From: an uncultured Planctomycetaceae bacterium
GTDB taxonomy: Bacteria; Planctomycetota; Planctomycetia; Planctomycetales; Planctomycetaceae
DNA: 42,630 nt
Direction of reading: 5' to 3'
NCBI GenBank assembly: GCA_963976765.1
Contig: CAXBME010000045.1
Span: 1 to 42,630 of the forward strand
Each line of letters starts with the position of its first letter. Position 1 is the stretch's first letter. The position numbers and the translations under genes were made by a program. Below the pieces are notes generated by a model. It saw nothing but the letters and a program-made list of their open reading frames with translations, had not been told where the DNA came from and did not search any database. This document shows positions 28,001 to 36,538 of this stretch, piece by piece.

Positions 28001-30589
28001 GGTTTTGCCATGCCAGTCCTCTTTCAGGCACGACACACTTTCGATCGTGCCACCGCTGTCACCGTTGGCGACGTGCAGCCAGTTGTCGAGTCCCCAGCTC
28101 AGCCCGTTGACTCGGTGCTGCTGGTTGCCCTCGGCAAAGCCGCGGAAAAGAGTTTTTCGGATGTCGGCTTTCAGGTCGCCGTTCGTGTCTTCGGCATAAA
28201 AGATTGTCGGAGCGTCGGTGACGATGACTCCGTTTCGCCAGCGATGGATTCCGGTCGGAAAATTCAGCCCGTCCAGAAACGTCGTCGCCTTGTCGTACTT
28301 CCCGTCGTTGTCGACGTCTTCGAGAACCCGAATCTCGCCGCCACTTGTTGGCTTGCCGTCGCTATCCGTTGCTCCGTTCGGGTAGCCGCCCATCTGGACC
28401 ACCCACAACCGTCCCTGAACATCCCATTCAAACGCCACCGGATCCTGAATCAACGGCTCAGCCGCGACGAGTTCCGCTTTCAATCCCGGTGCCAGCTGAA
28501 TCGTCGCCAGAGATTCTTCCGGCGTCTTCGACAGCGGAAACGCTTCCGGACTGGCAGTGGGATCCGGGATCCTTAACGGCGAGACCGCTCCCTGCTCGAG
28601 CAGCCGAGGCCGCAGCAGCTTCTCGATCGAAACTCGATGCATCATGTCCGGCAGGTCTGCGGTGAACTCGTTCTGCCAGCAAAGGTGTCCGGCGTGAAAA
28701 AAGTAACCGTTGTCGCTGCCGTCTTCGCGAATGACCATTGGCAGCGATCTTGTGGATTTCCGTTCGACATTCAGCAGCGGTCGCGTCCAACCCCGTTCGA
28801 AGTCTTCGAACAATGCGACTGTCGTACCGCTCGACGTTGACGCGATCAGATCATCGTTGCCGTCGCCATCCAGATCGTGGAACCGAAACAGTTCGGGATC
28901 AATGCCGGCCGCTGGGACGACTGATCCATCGGGCCAGGCAAACGGCATTTGCCGCCACGTCGGTGGTCCGGTCGGCTTTTTCACAGGACTGCCGGGACGA
29001 ACCGGAGTGACGGGTGTCATGGGCTGAAAGAGTTGTACGTCAGTTTTCGCTGGAGAACTCAGTGACCCATCGATCTCCACCGCCCGCCAGGTCACGATTG
29101 CTTCACTGAGACCATCGTGGTCGATATCCCGAAAACGCCACGTTCGAGTCGCAGGCGATCGAACGACAGCAACCGCCTTATCATCTCGCTCGATAGGCAT
29201 TTCACGCACCGTCTGCGAAAACCTGATGAGGTGCTGCAGATATTCGTCCTTCAGCCATTGACGACCGTCGAAATACCAGGCGTGTTCGGGAACACGCTCC
29301 GTCACGACTTCTTTGTTGAGACCAGGACCTTCCAGCGTCTCTGACAGGATACTGACCGAGCCATCATCGCGAACTCTCGTAAAGTGACTTCCTTCACCGA
29401 TCAGAACAGGAAACGCCGACTCGGCCCATAATTGCGACAGTGGTCTCCAGACACGAGTCAACCGACGATTTGACGTTCCAATCAGCACGTCCATGAATCC
29501 GTCGTTGTTTGCATCGAGGAGCCTCACGCCGTTGTCGCTGCCGTCTTTCGCTCGTAGAGGTTGCCCAGCAAGCAGGTTTTCGTTCAGCCGGTCGTGAGCT
29601 TCCCGGAAGTTCAGAAACTTCACTTTCTTCCCGTGCTTCGTAACGGCGTGGTCAATCAGGTCGACAACCTGCTCGGCTTTGATCCAGCCGTGCGGGTGAA
29701 AGACGAGGTTGAACACACCCTTCTTCAACACGGTTATGTCCAGGGCCGTCTTCATGTCCTCGACCGTTTTCGGATTGTTCGGCTGCTGAAGAAACTGAGC
29801 TTCCCAATCGCTCGGTACCATGCAGGGAAACTCCCAGCACAGATTGTTGATGACGTACGGGTAAGGATAATTCTCGATCCAGTTGACAAAGTTGTCCTGC
29901 GGGACACCGTTTCGCTTCATACCCTTCGGGATGTACTTGCGAAATTTCTCGCGTCCGTCATTGTCGATCAGCAGCTCCTTTGGGATCTCCGGATCAGCCG
30001 ACGTGTACATGCTGAAAATGGACGACGACAGACTGAGATAGTTGCCCTGTTCTGTCGTCTGGTTGAAAATCTCAGCGAAGAACCGGGGACTTACGGTGTT
30101 CAGCGAGTCGCAACACGGCGTCCTGAAGGCGACCGACTTGTTACCCGGAATACGCTCCAGCAGATCAACACAGCGATCGTAGGTCGACTTCGCTTTCGCC
30201 AGATCACCGCCCTGCAGAATCGGACACGGATGGTCAACCGTGTGGACGTCGATGCTGAGCCCCTCGTCGAGCCACGTCTGCAGCTGCGGATCGTCCGGCT
30301 TCACGTTGCACGTCATGATGCTGACGGGAGCCCGGCCATCGATCTGTTTAAGACGCTGCAGGATCGGTCGCAGGTACGCCTCGTACTTCGCCGTGTCGCG
30401 CATGTCGTCGATGGCTAAGACGATGACGGCATCAACGCCTTCCTCGCCCACCCATTGCGGAGTGGTCAGCTTCGGGAAACTGGTGTGCGGGTACCACGGA
30501 TTATTCTCGTGGAGATAGCTGAGGTCTCCCGCGATCAACAAGTGTTGAAAACCGGACAGCACGGCAATGGTGACGAACAATCGAAACAT
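25055..30589 (-). CDS. PVC-type heme-binding CxxCH protein fused to polysaccharide deacetylase, FG-GAP repeats and a C-terminal sugar-binding-like domain
   Basis: Signal peptide; NodB motifs AIDD, HTVDHP, FRTP, VFHPH; DxxxDG repeats; AAEPLIQDPVA dehydrogenase propeller; HEAT-like helices; CSSCH (25859-25873); SLMPEGLE. Confidence 0.9.
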   Translation of the reverse strand: MFRLFVTIAVLSGFQHLLIAGDLSYLHENNPWYPHTSFPKLTTPQWVGEEGVDAVIVLAIDDMRDTAKYEAYLRPILQRLKQIDGRAPVSIMTCNVKPDDPQLQTWLDEGLSIDVHTVDHPCPILQGGDLAKAKSTYDRCVDLLERIPGNKSVAFRTPCCDSLNTVSPRFFAEIFNQTTEQGNYLSLSSSIFSMYTSADPEIPKELLIDNDGREKFRKYIPKGMKRNGVPQDNFVNWIENYPYPYVINNLCWEFPCMVPSDWEAQFLQQPNNPKTVEDMKTALDITVLKKGVFNLVFHPHGWIKAEQVVDLIDHAVTKHGKKVKFLNFREAHDRLNENLLAGQPLRAKDGSDNGVRLLDANNDGFMDVLIGTSNRRLTRVWRPLSQLWAESAFPVLIGEGSHFTRVRDDGSVSILSETLEGPGLNKEVVTERVPEHAWYFDGRQWLKDEYLQHLIRFSQTVREMPIERDDKAVAVVRSPATRTWRFRDIDHDGLSEAIVTWRAVEIDGSLSSPAKTDVQLFQPMTPVTPVRPGSPVKKPTGPPTWRQMPFAWPDGSVVPAAGIDPELFRFHDLDGDGNDDLIASTSSGTTVALFEDFERGWTRPLLNVERKSTRSLPMVIREDGSDNGYFFHAGHLCWQNEFTADLPDMMHRVSIEKLLRPRLLEQGAVSPLRIPDPTASPEAFPLSKTPEESLATIQLAPGLKAELVAAEPLIQDPVAFEWDVQGRLWVVQMGGYPNGATDSDGKPTSGGEIRVLEDVDNDGKYDKATTFLDGLNFPTGIHRWRNGVIVTDAPTIFYAEDTNGDLKADIRKTLFRGFAEGNQQHRVNGLSWGLDNWLHVANGDSGGTIESVSCLKEDWHGKTDEPSDCEATIFTDFLSSQTQVSGPGCRISIRGRDLRIQPDYGLMDPVSGQSQFGRCRDDWGHWFGGNNSRPMWRYTLDDKYTRRNPHFAAGDSRREIFDPPGASPVFPISRMLARFNDHDRANRFTSACSVMIYRDWLLGEEFAGDAFVCEPVHNLVSRRVVTRTGTTFSAKRSANETDREFLASSDNWFRPVMARTGPDGAIWIADMYRFVIEHPEWIPEDWQKKLNLQAGNGLGRIYRIVREANSACCGAADESAEPPASDTDRSWLTTTWNKASRETLLGRLASPNGWWRDTSHRLILHREDHHFDDSLLEMATDHPLPLARLHALCLTTPQLIGGPELLIPMLRDTHPEIRRHAIRIAEPWLQPSVSKDHREMTKAVLAMANDDDPRVTLQLAYSLGRLIGEESADELRSGHVLAKLISQHQDHPQIFAAAMSSLNESNMDEVLAEAIWLVDRADSALVLKLVGQAAAFGRFDSLVTCFEKAVGEGDDPGGVASLNRLAALIREVTRHETAWKSLRKVPAWQEKIAPAMTKLAARAEAILNEPRADATSQISAVQFLATIGAGQASASERLASMISPRNPPTLQSAILSALTTMADRQTPDRLISHWRTLTPALRTEVTDALLNRAEWIPALLTALENGTVADRDLNAAQRERLAIHQDARIRERVAKLFDVKASSNRQTLIEEFEPVLKLAGDGARGRVVFEKRCSSCHRLDGIGKSIGADLAALKDRTSKAMLTAILDPNRAVEAKFLSYTAVTTAGKTVSGMLLNETGNSVTLISTDGKEHVLLRKDLDQLISSQRSLMPEGLEKDLSKQDIADVIAFVQTSGLTPKELPFNVPTEGSPSDDGVVRLPASAASVFGPNLIVEAHFRNLGNWLSADDYAAWTVVLPEPISQCEFDVELDFACHKSAAGNQLVLSVAGQTLEGRVPSTDRWDRYSTWKPGTITLPPGASRLVVFTRSPPVQALIDLREIRLIPRND

Positions 30590-30669
30590 CGGCTTGCCTC
30601 CATGTCTTCATTCGTGGAGCGACCATCGTCGTGCGGTACTGACTCTGCCAGTGCGGAACGACCAGCAAC

Positions 30670-30733
30670 GCAGGATGCGTCCCGATACACCACAGCGTCA
30701 CACGAAACGGTGGTGCGTCAAGACGCACCCTGC
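30670..30733. repeat. REP doublet (REPIN-like), GTAG-family
   Basis: gcaggatgcgtcccgatacacca and the inverted copy tggtgcgtcaagacgcaccctgc (rc gcagggtgcgtcttgacgcacca, with internal palindrome ggtgcgtc/gacgcacc), 18 nt apart. Confidence 0.65.
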
Positions 30734-30761
30734 CAACCTTTGCGTCAACTTATTCAGGTGG

Positions 30762-31088
30762 TCACGCGAGGTACGAGTCGAACACTCGCACTCGTTTCCA
30801 GTTGGCTTTGTTCTCTTCGATGAATGCCAGATGCCGTTCGTGGACCTGGTAAACATCGTGAGCGGCTTTGTTTTCGAAAACGACATGCAGCGACACGCTG
30901 TAATCGTGATCGTTGACTGGTCGGTTGAATTCGTCGCCGACGATTCCGACCGAGAAGTAAACCGTACCGTCATGACCGGACAGATATTTCGTCGCTGCTG
31001 CACATAAAGCCTGACGAGCTTCTGCCGAGTCGTCGTTCAGGTCAAAGCAAACGATGTGAGCGAGTTGGCGATTGGTGTTGTCTGTCAT
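30762..31088 (-). CDS. Dabb (stress-responsive A/B barrel) family protein
   Basis: LAHIVCFDL, DYSVSLHVVF, AHDVYQVH.RHLAF, RVRVFDSY. AGGA precedes ATG 31088. Confidence 0.9.
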   Translation of the reverse strand: MTDNTNRQLAHIVCFDLNDDSAEARQALCAAATKYLSGHDGTVYFSVGIVGDEFNRPVNDHDYSVSLHVVFENKAAHDVYQVHERHLAFIEENKANWKRVRVFDSYLA

Positions 31089-31392
31089 GATAGTCCTGCA
31101 GATTCCTTCGTTGAATTTCTTAAATGACCAAGCCGATCGCGAATTGTGACCGTCTGCTGGCTCAAGTCGAATTGCAGGTATCGTGAGCATCCCGCCTACA
31201 CACGGCAAGCGACGGCTTGATTCTGCAATAAACAGCCAGCTCGCGTGCGAAAAATCAGATTTCGGGTAGTTCCGTTAACGCCTGATGACGGTCACCTGCA
31301 TCCGCGAGTTGCTTTCGAACGACTGCGGGGTGCGACTACGATAACTCAGACTGTAGCGATCAATAATTAACGCATCCGAGAATACAACAACG

Positions 31393-34300
31393 ATGGCATC
31401 ACCCAACGAACCGCACGGTGACGAAACCAACACGTTTGTTCCTCGAAGCTCCGATCCCTCGAATGTTCCGGAGCCTGAGGCGACGGTTGGTGACACGATG
31501 TTAACTCCCAATCCGGGGGCCACGATTGACTCTGTACGTGAGTCATTCGACGCCGCGACGATTGTGAGTCCGGAACCAGTTGTCGGCGGCCTCGATGCGA
31601 CCGTTGTGACAGGTGGCGATGTTTCGAAATCGATTGTCAGTGGGTGGGGAGCGTCGTTGGAAGCCGATGTCGAGCCGGGGCATACCATCAAGGCTCAGCC
31701 GTCTGCCGCCGCTCGCTCTGGTCCTACCTTTCAGCCAACGATTGCGTTGAAGCGACGGAACGTTTCAAAGCAGGAGCCTGGCGACAACACGCCTGATGCG
31801 ACTGTAAATGTCGATGCCGACTATCAGATTGAAGAGTTGCTTGGCGAAGGCGGGATGGGTGCGGTTTACGTAGCTCGTCAGAAGTCGATGGATCGTCCGG
31901 TGGCAATCAAGGTGTTGAAGTCTCAGCTGGCGGAAGCGGAAGGCAGTCAGGACGCATTTGTTTCTGAGGCGATCATTACAGGGCGACTCGACCATCCGAA
32001 CATCGTGCCGATTTACGATGTGGGCAAGCAGCAGAACGATGCTCTGTTTTACGCAATGAAGCAGGTCGTCGGCGTCGAGTGGAAAGAACGCTTTGCCACG
32101 AACACAGTGTCCGAGAATCTGGATATTCTGTTGCGCGTTGCCGATGCGATCGCGTTCGCTCACGCGCGAGGGATCATCCATCGCGACCTGAAGCCTGCGA
32201 ACATCATGCTGGGGCCGTTCGGTGAAGTTCTGGTGATGGACTGGGGTCTGGCGATGCCGACCGAAGACCATCCCAGTCGTGAAACTTTTCCTGACGCAAG
32301 AGCAGGTGGCACGCCTCACTACATGGCTCCCGAGATGGCCAGCGGCACGGGGCACGTTGATCGTCGCAGCGATGTTTATCTGCTGGGAGCGATTCTGTTT
32401 GAGATAGTAACGGGCAAACCGCCCCATGCGCTCGACATTCCGGGAAGGAATCGACGGGAGCGAGTGTTGGCCGTGCTGGATGCGGTGGCAAACAACGTAA
32501 TTGCTCCGACCGACGCATCAGGCGAGTTGCTCGACATCGCGAGAAAGGCGATCGCGACAGACCCGGCGGATCGGTACCAGACCGTGTCGGAGTTCCAGGC
32601 GGCTCTGCGCAAGTACCTGGCGCACGAAGAGAGTATCGAACTGGCGGCGCGCGCAGCGGAACGGCTGCTTGATGCACGACAGAGTGGCTCGTACGACGAG
32701 TTCAGCCGGGCACGATTCGGCTTCGAGACCGCTCTGGAACAGTGGCAGGAGAACGAACGGGCGTCAGCAGGCCTGAAGGAAACTCGGTTTGACTACGCGA
32801 AGACGGCATTTGATCGAGGCGACCTGGACCTGGCGTTGTCGTTGATCGACGAGTCCGATGCCAAACAGAAACAGCTGGGCGCATCGATTCTGCAGGCAAT
32901 CGTGGAACGTGATGCACGACAACAGCAGATCCGCCGCCTGCGTCGCATCAGCCTGGCCGCGAGCCTCGTCGTGGCGGTTGTCTCTATTGGTGCCGCCATC
33001 TGGATCAACTCAGAACGAAGCAAAGCGCTGGTTGCCCAGCAGGAAGAAGCCGCTCAGCGGGAACTTGCCCAGCGCAATGAGCAGGAAGCTCAACAACAAC
33101 GTCAACTTGCCGAAGCCGAACGCGCCAAAGCAGTTGCTGCGCAGCAGGAAGAAGCGGCTCAAAGGGCGAAAGCCACGGCCGCCGAAGCCGATGCAAAGAG
33201 GGAGACTGTAAACGCCTTACGGAATCTTGAGGTTGCCGAACGCAACGCCTACTACTCAGACATGTCGCTGCTCCGGCAGTCGTGGGCAGAAGCGAATGTT
33301 GACCAGTTTGAGAGTTTACTGGACAGGTATCGTGACCGGGATGATCTCCGTGGCTTCGAATGGCGCTTCTGGAATGGCCTTGGAGACATGGCGCTGCTCT
33401 CCCTCGATGACCATCGTAAGACTGTGTTGACTGTTTCATTCAGTCCCGATGGAACATTGCTGGCGTCGGCGGACAGCGGTGGGACGGTGATTATTCGGGA
33501 GACCGCCACCGGAACGGTGAGCCTGAAACTGACAGGACACACAGGACTGGTCAAGAGCGTGTCATTCAGTCCAGACGGAACACAGCTCGCATCAGCGGGT
33601 TCGGACAGGATTGTGAAAATATGGGATGTTGCTGCAGGGCAGGAGCGGTTGAAGCTGACAGGACACACAGGACCGGTCAACAGCGTGTCATTCAGTCCGG
33701 ACGGAACTCAACTGGCTTCAGCAGGCCAGGACGGATCAGTGAAATTATGGGATGTGGTGACAGGGCAGGAAAAATTTGAGTTCACGGGTCACCAGGGACC
33801 AGTCGACAGCGTGTCATTCAGCCCGGACGGGATGCAGATCGTATCGGGTGGTGGCGACAGAACTGCCAAGGTCTGGGACGCGGCGACGGGGCAGGAAATG
33901 CTCAAAATGAAAGGACACATGTTTCTTGTGAGAGCTGTTGCATTCAGCCCGGACGGGACGCGGATTGCATCGGCAAGTAGTGATAAAACCGTGAAGATTT
34001 GGAACGCTGTTACGGGGCAGGAACTTTTTACGTTCAAGGACCACACAGGGCATGTCCGAAGCGTTGCCTTCAGTCCAGACGGGAACTGGCTGGCTTCCGG
34101 GAGTAAAGACCAAACCGTGATTGTCTGGGACATGACCACGGGAAAACAGACACGCCGCATTAAAGGTCATCCAGCAACCGTTAACAGTCTGTCATTCAGT
34201 CCAGATGGGACACGGCTGGCCTCGGCTGGTTCCAAGACAGTGAAAGTGTGGGGTATCGCCGAGGCCTCAATGACGCTTGACCAGAAGCTGGACCAGATTA

Positions 34301-35361
34301 AATACGTGACATTCAATCCCAATGGAACTCAGCTGGCCTCGGAGAGCATTAAAGGTACGGTGCAAGTGTGGGACGTAGCTTCCGGGCAGTTGATACGCTC
34401 ATTGAATGGGAACGCCAAGCGATCTAGCGTGATGTCGTTGGCTTACAACTTCGACGGAACCAGGCTCATGTCAGTCCACGTAATGAACGACCGTCGCATT
34501 GATCATCCCAGAAAGGTAACAGTGTGGGATGCGGTGACAGGGAAGGAGACGCTGACAGTCGAAGGGCAATCTCTTCGCGGGGTAACCAGTGGGGCAATCA
34601 ACCCTGACGGCACTCGTCTTGCTACAGGAAGCAGTGATACAACGGTGAAAGTGTGGGATGCCGATACAGGGCAGGAGGTTCTCACTTTCAAAGGCCATAA
34701 GGGAATAGTCGACACCGTAACATTCAGTCCCGATGGCAAATTGCTGAGTTCGGCTGGTGCTGATGGTAAAGTAATAGTTTGGAATTCGGCTACCGGCGAC
34801 GAACTGTTCACGCATGATGGATCCTTTGGCCCGATCAAAAGTTTGTCGTTCAGTTCGGATGGGACACGACTGGCCGTGGGATCGTTCCGGGGTCTGGTGT
34901 TCGTGTGGGATTTTGCCAGTGGGCAAAAGACTTTCAAGATGATAAGTGCACAGTCTGCCCCAATCATGAGTCTGTCGTTCAGCCCGGACGGCACTCGACT
35001 GGCAGCGTCTATCGGCCAGGCGGTGAAAATGTGGGATGCGGTGACGGGACAGGAGGCACTTACCTTCAGTGACCATGTTGGCGATATCTCCTCGATTTCA
35101 TTCAGCTCGGATGGAACGCTGCTTGCCACTGCCAGTCCCGATGGCCCCGTAAAGATACTGGCTGCTCGACCGGCGACGGCTGAGCTGAAGGCACAGGCTC
35201 AGGCACGAGGTTACCTGACGATCATGCGGGACCGCATGACTTCACTCGAAGAACTGCAGGCGTACATCCGCGACGACAAAACCATCAGCGAAGAGGTCCG
35301 ACAGCAGTGTCTTGACTGGGCGGAGTTGTTCTGGAAGAACCGGTATAGCGAACAGGATTAG
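31393..35361 (+). CDS. Hanks-type Ser/Thr protein kinase with TM helix, coiled coil and 14 WD40 repeats
   Basis: LGEGGMGAVY, VAIK, HPNIV, HRDLKPANI, DWG, GTPHYMAPE, SDVYLLG; a TM segment (LAASLVVAVVSIGAAIWI); GH...SFSPDG...WD repeats. Confidence 0.95.
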   Translation: MASPNEPHGDETNTFVPRSSDPSNVPEPEATVGDTMLTPNPGATIDSVRESFDAATIVSPEPVVGGLDATVVTGGDVSKSIVSGWGASLEADVEPGHTIKAQPSAAARSGPTFQPTIALKRRNVSKQEPGDNTPDATVNVDADYQIEELLGEGGMGAVYVARQKSMDRPVAIKVLKSQLAEAEGSQDAFVSEAIITGRLDHPNIVPIYDVGKQQNDALFYAMKQVVGVEWKERFATNTVSENLDILLRVADAIAFAHARGIIHRDLKPANIMLGPFGEVLVMDWGLAMPTEDHPSRETFPDARAGGTPHYMAPEMASGTGHVDRRSDVYLLGAILFEIVTGKPPHALDIPGRNRRERVLAVLDAVANNVIAPTDASGELLDIARKAIATDPADRYQTVSEFQAALRKYLAHEESIELAARAAERLLDARQSGSYDEFSRARFGFETALEQWQENERASAGLKETRFDYAKTAFDRGDLDLALSLIDESDAKQKQLGASILQAIVERDARQQQIRRLRRISLAASLVVAVVSIGAAIWINSERSKALVAQQEEAAQRELAQRNEQEAQQQRQLAEAERAKAVAAQQEEAAQRAKATAAEADAKRETVNALRNLEVAERNAYYSDMSLLRQSWAEANVDQFESLLDRYRDRDDLRGFEWRFWNGLGDMALLSLDDHRKTVLTVSFSPDGTLLASADSGGTVIIRETATGTVSLKLTGHTGLVKSVSFSPDGTQLASAGSDRIVKIWDVAAGQERLKLTGHTGPVNSVSFSPDGTQLASAGQDGSVKLWDVVTGQEKFEFTGHQGPVDSVSFSPDGMQIVSGGGDRTAKVWDAATGQEMLKMKGHMFLVRAVAFSPDGTRIASASSDKTVKIWNAVTGQELFTFKDHTGHVRSVAFSPDGNWLASGSKDQTVIVWDMTTGKQTRRIKGHPATVNSLSFSPDGTRLASAGSKTVKVWGIAEASMTLDQKLDQIKYVTFNPNGTQLASESIKGTVQVWDVASGQLIRSLNGNAKRSSVMSLAYNFDGTRLMSVHVMNDRRIDHPRKVTVWDAVTGKETLTVEGQSLRGVTSGAINPDGTRLATGSSDTTVKVWDADTGQEVLTFKGHKGIVDTVTFSPDGKLLSSAGADGKVIVWNSATGDELFTHDGSFGPIKSLSFSSDGTRLAVGSFRGLVFVWDFASGQKTFKMISAQSAPIMSLSFSPDGTRLAASIGQAVKMWDAVTGQEALTFSDHVGDISSISFSSDGTLLATASPDGPVKILAARPATAELKAQAQARGYLTIMRDRMTSLEELQAYIRDDKTISEEVRQQCLDWAELFWKNRYSEQD
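33397..35163 (+). repeat. WD40 coding tandem repeats (~126-nt period, 14 units)
   Basis: Units 2 and 3 are near-identical at the DNA level (ctgacaggacacacaggac.ggtcaa.agcgtgtcattcagtcc.gacggaac). Confidence 0.9.
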
Positions 35362-35394
35362 TCGTTGATGCATTCCGTGGCCGCGACGGGCAAC

Positions 35395-35422
35395 TTGTTC
35401 CCATCTCAAGCATGGGTATACT
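35395..35422 (+). promoter_or_regulatory. Possible sigma70 promoter of the DUF151-DUF447-mptG unit
   Basis: TTGTTC, 16 nt, TATACT. Confidence 0.4.
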
Positions 35423-35508
35423 CGCGTTTTTCACTCACGCGGCGGAATCAGGAGAACACCTGACGGTTCCTCGCCAAGCAATCCTTACTCTGCAGGAAAG
35501 AAACCGCC

Positions 35509-35910
35509 GTGCTCGTCGAAATGGAGCTGTCGCGGATTATCATCAGCGAAATCAATGACCAGCAGGTCGTTTACCTGCGCGAGGTCGATGGCGACCGCTC
35601 GTTTCCGATTCTGATCGGAATCTTCGAGGCGACGAGCATTAACCGTCGCTTGACCGCCCCACCGCCACCCCGACCGCTGACACACGATCTTTTGAAGAGT
35701 GTGATCGCTGAACTGGGAGCGGAGTTGCAGGACATCGTCGTCACCAGCATGACCGATCACACGTACTATGCCGTGCTGCGAGTGAGAACGTCCAACGGGG
35801 ACGTAATTGAAATCGACAGCCGACCGAGCGACGCGATCGCTCTGGCGGTTCATTACGATCCGGTACTGCCGATTTTTGTCGACGACTCCGTGCTGGACAG
35901 TGTCGCCTGA
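35509..35910 (+). CDS. Bifunctional nuclease family protein (DUF151)
   Basis: FPILIGIFEA, PRPLTHDLL, YYAVL, IDSRPSDAIALA. Confidence 0.93.
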   Translation: MLVEMELSRIIISEINDQQVVYLREVDGDRSFPILIGIFEATSINRRLTAPPPPRPLTHDLLKSVIAELGAELQDIVVTSMTDHTYYAVLRVRTSNGDVIEIDSRPSDAIALAVHYDPVLPIFVDDSVLDSVA

Positions 35911-35959
35911 GCGGGCGAACGATCGATGCAAACTCTTTCTTTGAGGCAGCAGAGCGACA

Positions 35960-36538
35960 ATGATCCTCGAAGGAATGGTCACGACGCAGAACTCCGCCGG
36001 AGACATCAACGTCGCTCCGATGGGGCCGATCGTCGACGAGGCGATGCAGTCGTTCGTTCTGCGACCGTTTCAAACGTCGACGACTTACAGGAATCTCAAA
36101 GGTCACCCGTTTGGCGTGCTGCACGTTGTCGACGACGTTCTGCTGTTGGCGAAAGCGGCGATCAGCCAGCTCGAAAAAACGCCGCCAGTATTTCAGGCGA
36201 TCACGATTCCCGGCCACGTACTGAAGTCCGCCTGCCGCTGGTACGAGTTCAAAGTTGAAACTCTGGATGACTCGGCTGAGCGAACGAGAATCGAAGCCCG
36301 CGTCGTTCACTCCGGACGGTTGCGGGACTTCTTCGGGTTCAACCGGGCAAAGCACGCGGTGCTTGAAGCAGCGATCCTGGCGACGCGAATTCACATTCTT
36401 CCCGCCGAGGAAGTCCTTGCTCAGATCGACGCTCTACGATCGCCTGTCGCGAAAACCGCCGGCCCCAATGAACGTGCGGCATTCCAGCTTGTCGATAATT
36501 TCGTGCAGACCTCGCTGTCAAAAAGTGAGGTACCATGA
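35960..36538 (+). CDS. DUF447 family protein (associated with methanopterin biosynthesis)
   Basis: MILEG.VTT, NVAPMG, LRPF.TS.TY.NL, GFNRAKHAVLEAAILATR. Confidence 0.88.
   Translation: MILEGMVTTQNSAGDINVAPMGPIVDEAMQSFVLRPFQTSTTYRNLKGHPFGVLHVVDDVLLLAKAAISQLEKTPPVFQAITIPGHVLKSACRWYEFKVETLDDSAERTRIEARVVHSGRLRDFFGFNRAKHAVLEAAILATRIHILPAEEVLAQIDALRSPVAKTAGPNERAAFQLVDNFVQTSLSKSEVP

Noticed and set aside
33397..35163. Repeats considered as a CRISPR array or DGR template/variable pair
   Set aside because: They are in-frame WD40 coding repeats. There are no spacers, cas genes or reverse transcriptase, and the differences are not adenine-specific.
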